This document shows, piece by piece, positions 1 to 8,993 of a stretch of DNA of 64,000 nt (position 1 is the stretch's first letter; the number at the start of each line of letters is the position of its first letter). Below the pieces are notes generated by a model that was not told the DNA's origin, did not search any database, and saw only the letters and a list, made by a program, of their open reading frames with translations. The position numbers were made by a program, and so were the translations under genes. This DNA comes from an uncultured Syntrophomonadaceae bacterium (lineage in GTDB: Bacteria; Bacillota; Dethiobacteria; DTU022): assembly GCA_964492615.1 (NCBI GenBank), contig CAZBKZ010000008.1:13865-77864 (forward strand), written 5' to 3'.

Positions 1-812
1 ACCCGGGAGGGAGCGTCAAAGACAGAATTGGCCTGAACATGTTATATTCTGCAGAAAGAGAAGGCATAATAGGTCCCGGCTCGGTAATAATTGAGCCGAC
101 CAGTGGGAATACAGGGATAGCGCTGGCCATGGTTAGTGCAGTAAAGGGATACAAGTGTATTCTGGTTATGCCTGAAACTATGAGCGATGAACGTAAAATT
201 ATGCTCAGGGCCCTGGGAGCCGAGCTGATTCTCACTTCTGGCAGCCTGGGGATGAAGGGAGCGGTGGAACAAGCCGAAAAACTGGCTACAGAAAACAGTA
301 ATTACTTTATGCCGCTGCAGTTTGCGAACCCGGCCAACCCCGAAATACACTCAGTTACGACAGCTGAAGAAATATGGTCTGATACAGACGGCAGGATTGA
401 CATATTGGTTTCGGGAGTCGGAACAGGCGGTACTATAACGGGAGTAGCCCGCGAACTGAAAAAACGAAAACCTTCGCTTTTGGTTGTTGCGGTGGAACCA
501 GATGAATCTCCGGTTTTATCAGGCGGAACACCGGCTGCGCATAAAATACAGGGTTTAGGTGCAGGTTTCATCCCCGAAGTTCTGCAGGTTGACCTGATTG
601 ACGAAATAGTCAGGGTCAAAGGAGAAGAGGCTGTTGAGACAGCGCGTAAAATGATCAGGGAAGAAGGTTTGCTGGTCGGAATTTCTGCAGGTGCGGCTGT
701 TCATGCGTCTTTGAAAATTACTGAAAAAGATGAAAACAAAAATAAACTAATCGTTGTTATCTGCCCCGACCTGGCGGAAAGATACATCTCAACGGCCTTA
801 TTTGATAGTTGA
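1..812 (+). CDS. cysK: Cysteine synthase A (O-acetylserine sulfhydrylase), 5'-partial; continues upstream of the window
   Basis: The frame is open from base 1 and reads ...[10 protein letters not shown] upstream of the listed ORF. TSGNTG PLP-binding motif, [10 protein letters not shown] loop and overall CysK-like sequence. Confidence 0.85.
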   Translation, partial: PGGSVKDRIGLNMLYSAEREGIIGPGSVIIEPTSGNTGIALAMVSAVKGYKCILVMPETMSDERKIMLRALGAELILTSGSLGMKGAVEQAEKLATENSNYFMPLQFANPANPEIHSVTTAEEIWSDTDGRIDILVSGVGTGGTITGVARELKKRKPSLLVVAVEPDESPVLSGGTPAAHKIQGLGAGFIPEVLQVDLIDEIVRVKGEEAVETARKMIREEGLLVGISAGAAVHASLKITEKDENKNKLIVVICPDLAERYISTALFDS

Positions 813-851
813 AACTGAAAGAGCACAGTTTCATACAAGGAGGTTACGGTT

Positions 852-1268
852 ATGCAGCTCTCCACGAAAGTGCGCTATGCGATAAGGGCTATGGTTGACA
901 TGGCCATGCAGCCCGGGGGTGAACCGGTTAAACTAAAAGATATAGCCTCAAGACAAGATATCTCTCTCAAATACCTGGAGCAGGTAATGCTTCCTCTTCG
1001 TGTTAATGCGTTTGTCGTAACAAGGAAAGGAAGCCGGGGTGGTTACACCTTAACCAGGCCTCCCCGCGAGATAACCCTGCTTGAAATAGTTAAAAGCGTG
1101 GAAGGCTCTGTAGCCCCGGTAGAATGTGCTGATGATCCGAACGTCTGTGAACGTTCGGAGCATTGTTCAACACACCTGGCCTGGATTGGTCTTAAAGAAG
1201 CGATAGAAGATCAGCTTGGCCGGATCAGCCTGGAAGATTTGGCAGAGAAGCAGCAGCTTTTATATTAA
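852..1268 (+). CDS. Rrf2-family transcriptional regulator (CymR/IscR-like)
   Basis: The N-terminal MQLSTKVRYAIRAMVDMA winged-helix segment is typical of the Rrf2 family. It lies immediately downstream of cysK. RBS GGAGG precedes the ATG. Confidence 0.75.
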   Translation: MQLSTKVRYAIRAMVDMAMQPGGEPVKLKDIASRQDISLKYLEQVMLPLRVNAFVVTRKGSRGGYTLTRPPREITLLEIVKSVEGSVAPVECADDPNVCERSEHCSTHLAWIGLKEAIEDQLGRISLEDLAEKQQLLY

Positions 1269-1311
1269 CTGCTCTCTTGCCATTATTGCTGAAACTAGAT
1301 GATGGACGAAG

Positions 1312-3801
1312 GTGAGTATAATGAAAAAAGTTTCATTATTAATAGAAGGTATGCATTGTGCCTCCTGTTCCAACAGCCTGGAAAAGGCTCTGAAGGATAC
1401 GGAAGGTGTGATTGAAGTAGCGGTTAACCTGGCAATGGCCAAGGCTTATTTGCAGTATGATCCTGAGCTGATTTCTATGGATCAATTATTACAAAAAGTG
1501 GAGGATGCCGGTTTTAAAGGAAAACCTGAAGATGATCCATCACTGAAAGAAAATGTTTTCCTGGTGGAAGGGATGAGTTGCGCCTCATGTGCAGTGGGCC
1601 TTGAATCAAAATTACAGAATGTGGATGGTGTTAACGGGGCTAGGGTAAATTTTGCTTCCGGAAAAGCATATGTCAGTTATGATCATTCCCTGGTCAGCAG
1701 GGAGAAACTGGTTTCTCTGATCAACGAATCAGGTTACATGGTTGTCAATGGCGCGGAAAATAGTGAAACAGCAAAACAGGATACTACTGCTGAAGATCGT
1801 GAAGAAACGCTAGTCAGGCAGGCAGCTGCCAGAATGTGGCTTGCCATTGTCTTTGCTTCCGTGATCATGGTCTTGATGATGATCAATATGTTTATTCAGC
1901 CTTTGCCAGGCTATTTTGCAATTTCGGTGGTTTTGGCTTTTCCGGCAGTATTCGTTGCCGGCTGGGAAACTCACCGGGGAACTGTAAAAGCCCTGAAACG
2001 TTTCAGCGCGAACATGGATACGCTGGTAACCCTTGGTTCTGCCCTGCCATACCTCTTAAGTTTATTAAACTTTTTTTATCCGCTGACTACATTTGTTGAA
2101 ATGGCTGCCAGTATTATGGCGCTGCACCTGGTTGGCCGTTACCTGGAAACCAGGGCCAGGGGCAGGGCTTCCCAGGCAATTAAAAAACTGCTGGCTCTGG
2201 GAGCGAAAACAGCCCGAATCATTGTTAATGGCCGGGAAATAGATGTTCCACTGGAGCAGTTGCAGGCAGGACATGAAATGCTGGTTAAACCAGGTGAAAA
2301 AATACCTACCGACGGGGTAGTTCTTGAAGGCAGCAGCAGCGTCGACGAATCGATGGCTACAGGTGAGTCAATACCTGTTGAGAAGATGATAGGCAGTGAA
2401 GTGATTGGGGCAACTATTAACGGGCAAGGTTTTCTCAGGGTCAGGGCAACCAGGGTTGGTAAAGATACTTTTTTGGCCCAGGTAATCAGGCTGGTTGAAG
2501 AGGCCCAGGGTTCCAAGGTGCCGATCCAGGAGTTTGCCGATCGGGTTACCGGTTATTTTGTTCCGACCGTGATTCTGATTGCCCTGGCATCATTTATATC
2601 CTGGCTTCTTTTCCCAGGTTTCCATTTGGCGGTAATCAGATTTTTCGACTTGCCCTGGACCAATATTGAAGCACCTGTGCTAACCCTGGCTTTTATGGCA
2701 GCGACTGCTGTTCTGGTAATTTCTTGCCCCTGTGCTCTGGGTCTTGCCACTCCGACAGCTTTGATGGTAGGCAGTGGAATGGGAGCGGAACAGGGGATAC
2801 TAATCCGCAGCGGCGAGGCAATTCAGACAATGAAAGATGTTAAAATAATAGCTTTTGATAAAACAGGCACCCTGACCAGGGGTCAGCCGGCAGTAACAGA
2901 TTTCAGCACTTTTAACGGTTTTGCTCACAAATCCGTACTTCTTCTGGCGGCAAGCCTGGAAGCTGTTTCAGAGCACCCGCTGGCTGGAGCCATAGTGGAC
3001 AGGTCCAGGAAGGAAGGGTTAGACAGCCTTCCTGTCAGCGAGTTTAAGGCAGCAACAGGACAGGGAATCAGCGGTTTCGTTGAAGGGAAAATGGTTCTTG
3101 CCGGCAGTCGACGTTTTATGAAATCCGCCGGGGTCTCTTTCGATAGTGTGGAAGACCAAATAACATTATATGAAGAAGAGGGAAAAAGTATTGTGTTAAT
3201 TGCTGTTGGCGGAGCGCTGGCCGGTATAGCTGCTGTCGCTGACACCCTGAAAGACGAGGCGGTCCAAACAGTGAAAGAGCTGAAAAATATGGGCCTTAAA
3301 ACTGCAATGATAACCGGGGATAATCATGTTACGGCAGAAGCGATAGGGTTGCGGATTGGAATAAATGAAGTTATCTCAGAAGTTCTTCCGGAAGGAAAGG
3401 TTGATGCAGTAAAAAAACTGCAGTCAGAACACGGGCTGATAGCCATGGTTGGAGATGGGATTAATGATGCTCCCGCTTTAAAACAGTCAAATGTGGGGAT
3501 AGCGATCGGGACCGGAACTGATGTGGCGATTGAAGCTGCAGACATTACCCTGGTGAGCGGTAACCTTGGGTCGGTAATATCAGCTATTAAATTATCGCGG
3601 GCTACATTTAATAAAATACGCCAGAATTATTTTTGGGCCTGGTTTTATAACAGTATTGCAATTCCTGTTGCTTTTCTGGGGCTGCTGCATCCGATTATCG
3701 GTGCCGGTGCGATGGCCCTGAGTTCCCTGAATGTGGTGCTGAACTCACTGCGTCTCAAAAAGACTAACCTGGCTCCCGACTATAGAGGAAACAAATCCTG
3801 A
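1312..3801 (+). CDS. copA: Copper-translocating P-type ATPase with two N-terminal heavy-metal-associated (HMA) domains
   Basis: Two HMA motifs ([12 protein letters not shown] and [12 protein letters not shown]), CPC transmembrane metal site, DKTGTLT phosphorylation motif, GDGINDAP hinge; 829 aa. Confidence 0.9.
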   Translation: MSIMKKVSLLIEGMHCASCSNSLEKALKDTEGVIEVAVNLAMAKAYLQYDPELISMDQLLQKVEDAGFKGKPEDDPSLKENVFLVEGMSCASCAVGLESKLQNVDGVNGARVNFASGKAYVSYDHSLVSREKLVSLINESGYMVVNGAENSETAKQDTTAEDREETLVRQAAARMWLAIVFASVIMVLMMINMFIQPLPGYFAISVVLAFPAVFVAGWETHRGTVKALKRFSANMDTLVTLGSALPYLLSLLNFFYPLTTFVEMAASIMALHLVGRYLETRARGRASQAIKKLLALGAKTARIIVNGREIDVPLEQLQAGHEMLVKPGEKIPTDGVVLEGSSSVDESMATGESIPVEKMIGSEVIGATINGQGFLRVRATRVGKDTFLAQVIRLVEEAQGSKVPIQEFADRVTGYFVPTVILIALASFISWLLFPGFHLAVIRFFDLPWTNIEAPVLTLAFMAATAVLVISCPCALGLATPTALMVGSGMGAEQGILIRSGEAIQTMKDVKIIAFDKTGTLTRGQPAVTDFSTFNGFAHKSVLLLAASLEAVSEHPLAGAIVDRSRKEGLDSLPVSEFKAATGQGISGFVEGKMVLAGSRRFMKSAGVSFDSVEDQITLYEEEGKSIVLIAVGGALAGIAAVADTLKDEAVQTVKELKNMGLKTAMITGDNHVTAEAIGLRIGINEVISEVLPEGKVDAVKKLQSEHGLIAMVGDGINDAPALKQSNVGIAIGTGTDVAIEAADITLVSGNLGSVISAIKLSRATFNKIRQNYFWAWFYNSIAIPVAFLGLLHPIIGAGAMALSSLNVVLNSLRLKKTNLAPDYRGNKS

Positions 3802-3841
3802 TTATCCGGTTGAATTAATGATGCGCCCGTATTATAAACCA

Positions 3842-3878
3842 AAAGACCTGCTTAAATAGAGCGGGTCTTTGTTTATTT
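3842..3878 (+). terminator. Rho-independent terminator after copA
   Basis: Hairpin aaaagacctgc...gcgggtctttt followed by a tttgtttattt run. Confidence 0.55.
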
Positions 3879-4030
3879 AATAACTCTTCACACTTTTTTG
3901 ATTGATTTAACTGAAGGTCACCGGCTTTTTTACCAGGGGATTATAAAAATTATTTATTTGGCAGGAATGATTATTAAAATATAGAATATAATTATAAACA
4001 AATATATAATTATACAGGAGGTTATCGGTT

Positions 4031-4627
4031 ATGAGTGTAAAAGTAGGCCAAAAAGCACCTGACTTTGAAGCAAACGTCTTTCATGAAGGGGCTTTTAAAA
4101 AAGTTAAACTTTCGGATTACCAGGGCAAATGGGTGATTATTTGTTTCTATCCCGGTGATTTCACCTTTGTCTGACCGACAGAATTGGCGTCAGTTGCCGC
4201 CAGGTATAAAGAAATCAAGGATCTTGATGCTGAAGTTTTATCCTGTAGTGTAGACAGCCAGTTTACTCATAAGATCTGGCAGGAAGTTGAACTTTCGAAG
4301 ATGGTTGAAGGAGGCGTTCCATACCCGATGATGGCAGATACCGGGGGGAAAATCGGTACCCTTTACGGTGTCTATGACGAAGAAGGCGGAGTTAATGTGC
4401 GCGGACGTTTCCTGATCGATCCCGACGGAGTTATCCAGGCTATGGAAGTTTTAACTCCCCCGGTTGGGCGCAATGTTGATGAGCTGATTCGTCAGCTTCA
4501 GGCATTCCAACATGTTCGTAAGACAAACGAGCCTACTCCTTCAGGCTGGAAACCGGGCAAGAAGTCGCTTAAGCCAGGGCCGGACCTTGTTGGCCGGGTT
4601 TGGGAAGCCTGGAAAATCGGAGACTAA
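4031..4627 (+). CDS. prxU: Selenocysteine-containing peroxiredoxin (AhpC/Tsa family, PrxU-like); UGA at 4172-4174 read as Sec at codon 48
   Basis: The ATG at 4031 has an AGGAGG RBS. Translation reads ...FYPGDFTFV-[TGA][13 protein letters not shown]..., so the UGA sits exactly where the peroxidatic Cys of the FTFVCPTE motif belongs. The listed ORF 4184..4627 is in the same frame and supplies the rest of the peroxiredoxin fold. A SECIS-like hairpin lies at 4184-4203. Confidence 0.7.
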
Positions 4628-4640
4628 AGGAGTATTGAAA

Positions 4641-4991
4641 GTGCTGTATTTTTATTGTGTTAAAACCTGAACAACCTGTCGTAAAGCGAAAGCGTGGCTT
4701 TCGGAAAGAAGGGTAACTTTTTCATATCGCGATATTATCAGGGAACCGCTGACGGAAGAAGAACTGATCAGGATGGCTTCCCTTAAGGATTTAACTGTTA
4801 AGGAGCTGTTAAACCCCGGGAGTACTGTTTTTAAAAAAATGGGCTTAAAGATCGAAGCGCTTGATGATAAACAGGCAGCAACTTTAATCAACGAAAATCC
4901 CAGGATCATGCGTAGACCTCTTTTAAGTAATGGTCGGGACCTGGTGATAGGTTTTGATGTGGAAGAGTATTCAACCCTGGCGGGTGTATAA
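4641..4991 (+). CDS. ArsC/Spx-family (YffB-like) thioredoxin-fold protein with selenocysteine; UGA at 4668-4670 as codon 10 gives a U-T-T-C redox motif
   Basis: GTG at 4641 has an AAAGGAG RBS. Translation reads VLYFYCVKT-[TGA]-TTCRKAKAWLSERRVTFSYRDI..., and continues in frame into the listed ORF 4773..4991. The Spx/ArsC family has CxxCRKAxxWL at this position. A perfect 7-bp hairpin CGAAAGC-gtg-GCTTTCG lies at 4687-4703, 17 nt after the UGA, consistent with a bacterial SECIS. Confidence 0.6.
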
Positions 4992-5015
4992 CCCTTAATA
5001 AATACTGTTCAAAAA

Positions 5016-5050
5016 GCGGCCCCGGTTTCTAAAAAACCGGGGCTGTTTTA
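5016..5050 (+). terminator. Rho-independent terminator after the selenoprotein pair
   Basis: GC-rich hairpin gcggccccggttt/aaaccggggctgt followed by ttta. Confidence 0.6.
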
Positions 5051-5119
5051 TTGACGTAACCTTCATAAACTAAACTTATTCGGTTAATATATTAGTATAA
5101 TGCTGGTGGAGGCGACACT

Positions 5120-5650
5120 ATGAAATTGGAATGCAGGGGTATAAGTGTTGAATGTGTAAAAGGGGATATAGCTTCCCAGGTTGACCTGGAAGCGGTTGTT
5201 AATGCTGCTAATGCTGAACTGCTACCTGGTGGCGGGGTGGCCGGAGCCCTCCACAGGGCAGCCGGGCCGGGATTAGAAAAGGAAGGAAGGCAACTGGCCC
5301 TGCTCAAGCCTGGCCAGGCAGTGATTACCGGGGGGCATAATCTTCCCAATCGCTTTGTCATTCACTGCCTTGGGCCGGTATATGGTATCGATAAACCGGA
5401 AAAAATTCTGCTGGCCGATTGCTATCGTAATGCCCTTAAACTTGCCGAACAACATCAAATTAGCAGTATAGCTTTTCCATCAATCTCAACCGGAATCTTT
5501 GGTTACCCGATGGCAGAGGCTGCTACAATAGCTTTTAAGACGGTTGGAGAAATGCTACCGTTTTTAAAACGGGTTAAACTGATTCGTTTTGTCCTATATG
5601 ATGCTGAAGCCCTGCAGCTACACGCTGAAATAATGAACGGTATTTTATAA
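5120..5650 (+). CDS. Macro-domain protein (O-acetyl-ADP-ribose deacetylase, MacroD/YmdB-like)
   Basis: VVNAANAELLPGGGVAGALHRAAG and SIAFPSISTGIFGYP motifs are typical of macro domains; 176 aa. Confidence 0.75.
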   Translation: MKLECRGISVECVKGDIASQVDLEAVVNAANAELLPGGGVAGALHRAAGPGLEKEGRQLALLKPGQAVITGGHNLPNRFVIHCLGPVYGIDKPEKILLADCYRNALKLAEQHQISSIAFPSISTGIFGYPMAEAATIAFKTVGEMLPFLKRVKLIRFVLYDAEALQLHAEIMNGIL

Positions 5651-5752
5651 AACAGGAATATAGCGGGCACTGATTGAGAAAGGTATTAGCATGTTTTACT
5701 CGAATAGAATAATTAACCATAGAGTAAATAAACAGGCAGGGCAGGTGAAAAT

Positions 5753-6037
5753 ATGGACCCAAAAGATGAAGCTTTTGAAAAAGCAATCAATACTATAAAA
5801 ATTGAACTAAGCGATCAGGAAAAGGTAGCGCTGCATGATCAGCTTGGTCGATTTCAGAAATGGCTTGAATTGATGGAGATGGCAGAAACAGAAGGTTCTG
5901 ATCTGCATTATTTCGGTTGCAGCGTGGAAAATAATATGAGAGAAGATCGACCGCTGGAAAGCGATCTGGAGGAAATCAGAAAAGAAGCTGTTGAGTTTGA
6001 AGATGGTTTCTACCTGGTTCCCAGAATAATTGATTAA
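5753..6037 (+). CDS. gatC: Asp-tRNA(Asn)/Glu-tRNA(Gln) amidotransferase subunit C
   Basis: 94 aa; NNMREDR and DGFYLVPRII match conserved GatC C-terminal motifs. It lies immediately upstream of the gatA-like and gatB genes. Confidence 0.7.
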   Translation: MDPKDEAFEKAINTIKIELSDQEKVALHDQLGRFQKWLELMEMAETEGSDLHYFGCSVENNMREDRPLESDLEEIRKEAVEFEDGFYLVPRIID

Positions 6038-6058
6038 ACCCCGGCAAGGAGGTTTGCT

Positions 6059-7465
6059 GTGAAGGCAACGGAGCTAAATGCGCTTAAAGCTGCGGAGGCG
6101 ATTAATAATCAGGAAGTGTCGGCTACCAGCTTTGTCGAAGAGATAATTGATTACTGTAAAGAACTAGATAACAAGAAAAAAATATTTTCCCACCTGGCTG
6201 ACGAAAAAGCGCTGGAGCAGGCAGCCGCGGTCGACCAAAAAGTTCAGGGTGGTTTCAATCTGCCCCTGGCAGGGGTGCCACTGGTCATTGCCGATAATTA
6301 TGCTTTCAAGGGTATGCCTGCTGCTATTGCTTCCAGGACCCTGCAAAATTACCATCCGCCATTCAGCGCAGCAGCTGTGGAAAAACTAACTGGTGCCGGA
6401 GCGGTTGTGATCGGGAAAACAATTGTTGGAGATATGGGGCTTGATACAGTTGCTGAAAAAGACAAAGAAGGTTCTTTATTTAAAGCTCCTCTTTATTTAG
6501 CAAAAGGGGGCGCTGCTGCCGCGGCAGCAGGTGGCTGTATTTTATCCCTGGAAAGTGACAGCAGTGGCATAACCAGGCAAACAGCTTCGCGAAACGGGGT
6601 TTTTGGCCTGCGCCCCACACCCGGAAGGGTTTCTAGGTTTGGTTTAAATCTGTGTTGTGGCTCATTTGATTATCCCGGTTTTGCTGCTGCCCACCTTGGT
6701 GATTTAGCTGTTTTATTACAGGCATCAACAGGATACGATGAGCGTGATGTTATGACTGCTGCCAACCGTATCCAGCGTGATAAATTTGTTTACGATAATA
6801 ACCCGTCAAGGTTAAAAATCGGTTTCTTTCCTTCGTATTTAGACTTTCTTGATGCAGAAGTGGCAGATACTTATGAAAAAATGCATCTGCTATGCAGAAA
6901 AATTGGTTTTAAAACTGTAGACTTGAAGTTGGGAATCCTGCAGGAATCTCTGCGGGCTTTTTATGTAATCTCATATGCCGAAACATCATCAACTTTGAGC
7001 CGGTTTGATGGTATCCGTTTTGGCTCTGCGGCAGAAAGCGATGACCTGGAGGAGTATTATTTCAAAACCCGGCGGCTTACTTTCGGGTCTGAAGCATGCC
7101 GCCGTTCAATAATTGGTACATACCTGTTAAGTGATGAAAACTATGGACGTTATTATAAAAAAGCGCTCAAAGTATTGAATAACACCCGGCGGCTTTTTGC
7201 AGAAATGCTGGATAAGTGCGATCTACTTCTTATGCCTCTTTATAAATCTGCTTCTCCGATAGCTGGTGCAGACTTTATTCAAACATACGAAGAGAATTGC
7301 TTGACTGCCCCGGTAAACATGGCAGGATTACCTTCCCTGGCTTTTCCCGGCGGTTTTCAGGTAATAGCAGAACCCTTTGGAGAAGAAAAATTGCTGGCGC
7401 TGGCGGAAAACCTTTCAATCGTTGAAGAAGTAACAGGCAGTAACAGCGAAAAGGGGGAGGTGTGA
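6059..7465 (+). CDS. gatA: GatA-like amidase-signature protein with substituted catalytic triad (candidate pseudo-glutaminase subunit)
   Basis: Position, length (468 aa) and flanking GatA-like sequence fit gatA. Where canonical GatA has IKDN...GGSSGGSAAAVAAG...GSDTGGSIRQPA, this protein reads IADN...GGAAAAAAGGCIL...ESDSSGITRQTA. The Lys-cisSer-Ser triad residues therefore appear as Ala, Ala and Ile. Confidence 0.65.
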   Translation: MKATELNALKAAEAINNQEVSATSFVEEIIDYCKELDNKKKIFSHLADEKALEQAAAVDQKVQGGFNLPLAGVPLVIADNYAFKGMPAAIASRTLQNYHPPFSAAAVEKLTGAGAVVIGKTIVGDMGLDTVAEKDKEGSLFKAPLYLAKGGAAAAAAGGCILSLESDSSGITRQTASRNGVFGLRPTPGRVSRFGLNLCCGSFDYPGFAAAHLGDLAVLLQASTGYDERDVMTAANRIQRDKFVYDNNPSRLKIGFFPSYLDFLDAEVADTYEKMHLLCRKIGFKTVDLKLGILQESLRAFYVISYAETSSTLSRFDGIRFGSAAESDDLEEYYFKTRRLTFGSEACRRSIIGTYLLSDENYGRYYKKALKVLNNTRRLFAEMLDKCDLLLMPLYKSASPIAGADFIQTYEENCLTAPVNMAGLPSLAFPGGFQVIAEPFGEEKLLALAENLSIVEEVTGSNSEKGEV

Positions 7466-7469
7466 TTAA

Positions 7470-8912
7470 ATGGCCTACGAAATAGTGATTGGCCTCGAAG
7501 TCCATGTTGAACTGCAAACAGCGAGTAAACTGTTTTGTTCCTGTCCAAATAGTTTTGTATCAGAGGCAAATAAACATACTTGCCCAGTGTGCCTGGGGTT
7601 CCCAGGAGCACTTCCCCGTTTAAATCGCGAGGCAGTAAAGCGGGCATTAACGGCTTCACTGGCTCTTAATTGTCAGATCGCCCTGACCAGTTATTTTGAT
7701 CGTAAAAATTATTTTTATCCCGATATGCCAAAAGGGTACCAGATCTCTCAGTTTTTTGAACCTATAGGAAGGTACGGTCATCTCGATATTGAAGACGATC
7801 GGGGAGATCTAAAAAGAATCCGTATCGGACGGGTTCACATGGAAGAAGATGCAGGAAAGCTCGTCCATTCACCTTCTGGTGACGGGGCGATGGTCGATTA
7901 TAACCGCGCCGGAGTCCCGCTGGTTGAGATCGTGACCGAACCGGATCTTTGTTCACCGGGCGAGGCAAGACGTTACTTGGAAAAGTTAAAGGCAGTTCTA
8001 CAGTACGCTAGGGTATCAGACTGTAAAATGGAAGAAGGCAGTCTCCGTTGCGACGCGAACATATCACTGCGCCCTGCCGGCAGTAAAGTGCTGGGCAATA
8101 AAACAGAATTAAAAAATATGAATTCATTTAAAGCTGTGGAACAGTCATTGGAGCACGAGATAAAAAGACAGAGGAAGATTCTCGACAATAACGAACAGGT
8201 ATTATCGCAAACGCTGCGCTGGAATGAGGAAAGCGGTACGACGATTGCCATGCGGGGTAAACTTCAGGCTCAGGATTACCGCTGTTTTACTGATCCCGAA
8301 CTGACCCCGGTTTGCCTTACAGATGAAGAAGTTGAAAGAGCTAAAACTGCCCTGCCGGAGATGGCGGAAGAAAGGGCCCTTCGTTTTGTGAAGGAGCTCG
8401 GGCTGCCGGTTTATGACGCAGGAGTTCTTACAGCAACCAGGGACCTGGCTGATTACTTCGAAAGCTGCCTGAAACACTTCAATAACCCTAAAACAGTCAG
8501 TAACTGGGTAATGGGTGAATTAACCGCTCTTTTAAACAGTGCCGGCCAGGAAATTAAAGGCTGTCGTTTTAGTCCCAAATTCATGGGAGAGCTGCTTGAA
8601 ATGATCGATGAGAAGGTTATCAGCGGGAAAATTGCCAAGGATGTTCTCGATAAATCATTCAAAAGCGGGAAAGCTCCGCACGAAGTTGTTAAAGATGAGG
8701 GATTATTGCAGATCAGCGATCAGTCAGAACTGGAAACGTTAGTTAAAAAGGTGATTGCAGGTAATCCGGATAGTGTGGAAAGTTACCGGGGTGGTAAAAA
8801 GAAAGTTATCGGTTTTCTTGTTGGCCAGGTTATGCAGGAAACTAAAGGTAAAGCAAATCCCCAGGTTGTTAATGAGCTGTTAGTGAAGATTATAGAAGAG
8901 AATGGTAAATGA
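7470..8912 (+). CDS. gatB: Asp-tRNA(Asn)/Glu-tRNA(Gln) amidotransferase subunit B
   Basis: N-terminus MAYEIVIGLEVHVELQT..KLFC.C, 480 aa, C-terminal YqeY-like domain. Confidence 0.9.
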   Translation: MAYEIVIGLEVHVELQTASKLFCSCPNSFVSEANKHTCPVCLGFPGALPRLNREAVKRALTASLALNCQIALTSYFDRKNYFYPDMPKGYQISQFFEPIGRYGHLDIEDDRGDLKRIRIGRVHMEEDAGKLVHSPSGDGAMVDYNRAGVPLVEIVTEPDLCSPGEARRYLEKLKAVLQYARVSDCKMEEGSLRCDANISLRPAGSKVLGNKTELKNMNSFKAVEQSLEHEIKRQRKILDNNEQVLSQTLRWNEESGTTIAMRGKLQAQDYRCFTDPELTPVCLTDEEVERAKTALPEMAEERALRFVKELGLPVYDAGVLTATRDLADYFESCLKHFNNPKTVSNWVMGELTALLNSAGQEIKGCRFSPKFMGELLEMIDEKVISGKIAKDVLDKSFKSGKAPHEVVKDEGLLQISDQSELETLVKKVIAGNPDSVESYRGGKKKVIGFLVGQVMQETKGKANPQVVNELLVKIIEENGK

Positions 8913-8958
8913 TACATACAGGCTGGTCTAGCAAGAGTTAATACAGGTAATAATAATT

Positions 8959-8984
8959 AAGGAAGGGCTAATGCCCTTCCTTTT
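8959..8984. terminator. Bidirectional hairpin terminator between gatB (+) and serC (-)
   Basis: aaggaagggc-taat-gcccttcc-tttt. Confidence 0.6.
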
Positions 8985-8993
8985 ATGTCACTT

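Noticed and set aside
42-619. Minus-strand ORFs 42..350 and 302..619 inside cysK
   Set aside because: They are antisense to a strongly conserved CysK frame and have no RBS or family resemblance.
1836-3545. Several 60-125 aa ORFs on both strands inside copA
   Set aside because: They lie fully within the 829-aa P-type ATPase reading frame, which has unambiguous motifs, and are spurious alternative-frame ORFs.
4184-4627. Listed 147-aa ORF ([14 protein letters not shown]...) as an independent gene
   Set aside because: It is the in-frame C-terminal continuation of the peroxiredoxin that starts at 4031. The preceding TGA at 4172-4174 aligns with the peroxidatic Cys, so it is better explained as a Sec codon than as a stop.
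4652-4909. 85-aa minus-strand ORF overlapping the ArsC/Spx-like gene
   Set aside because: It has no RBS and no homology signal, and it lies antisense to a conserved thioredoxin-fold frame, so it is a spurious ORF.
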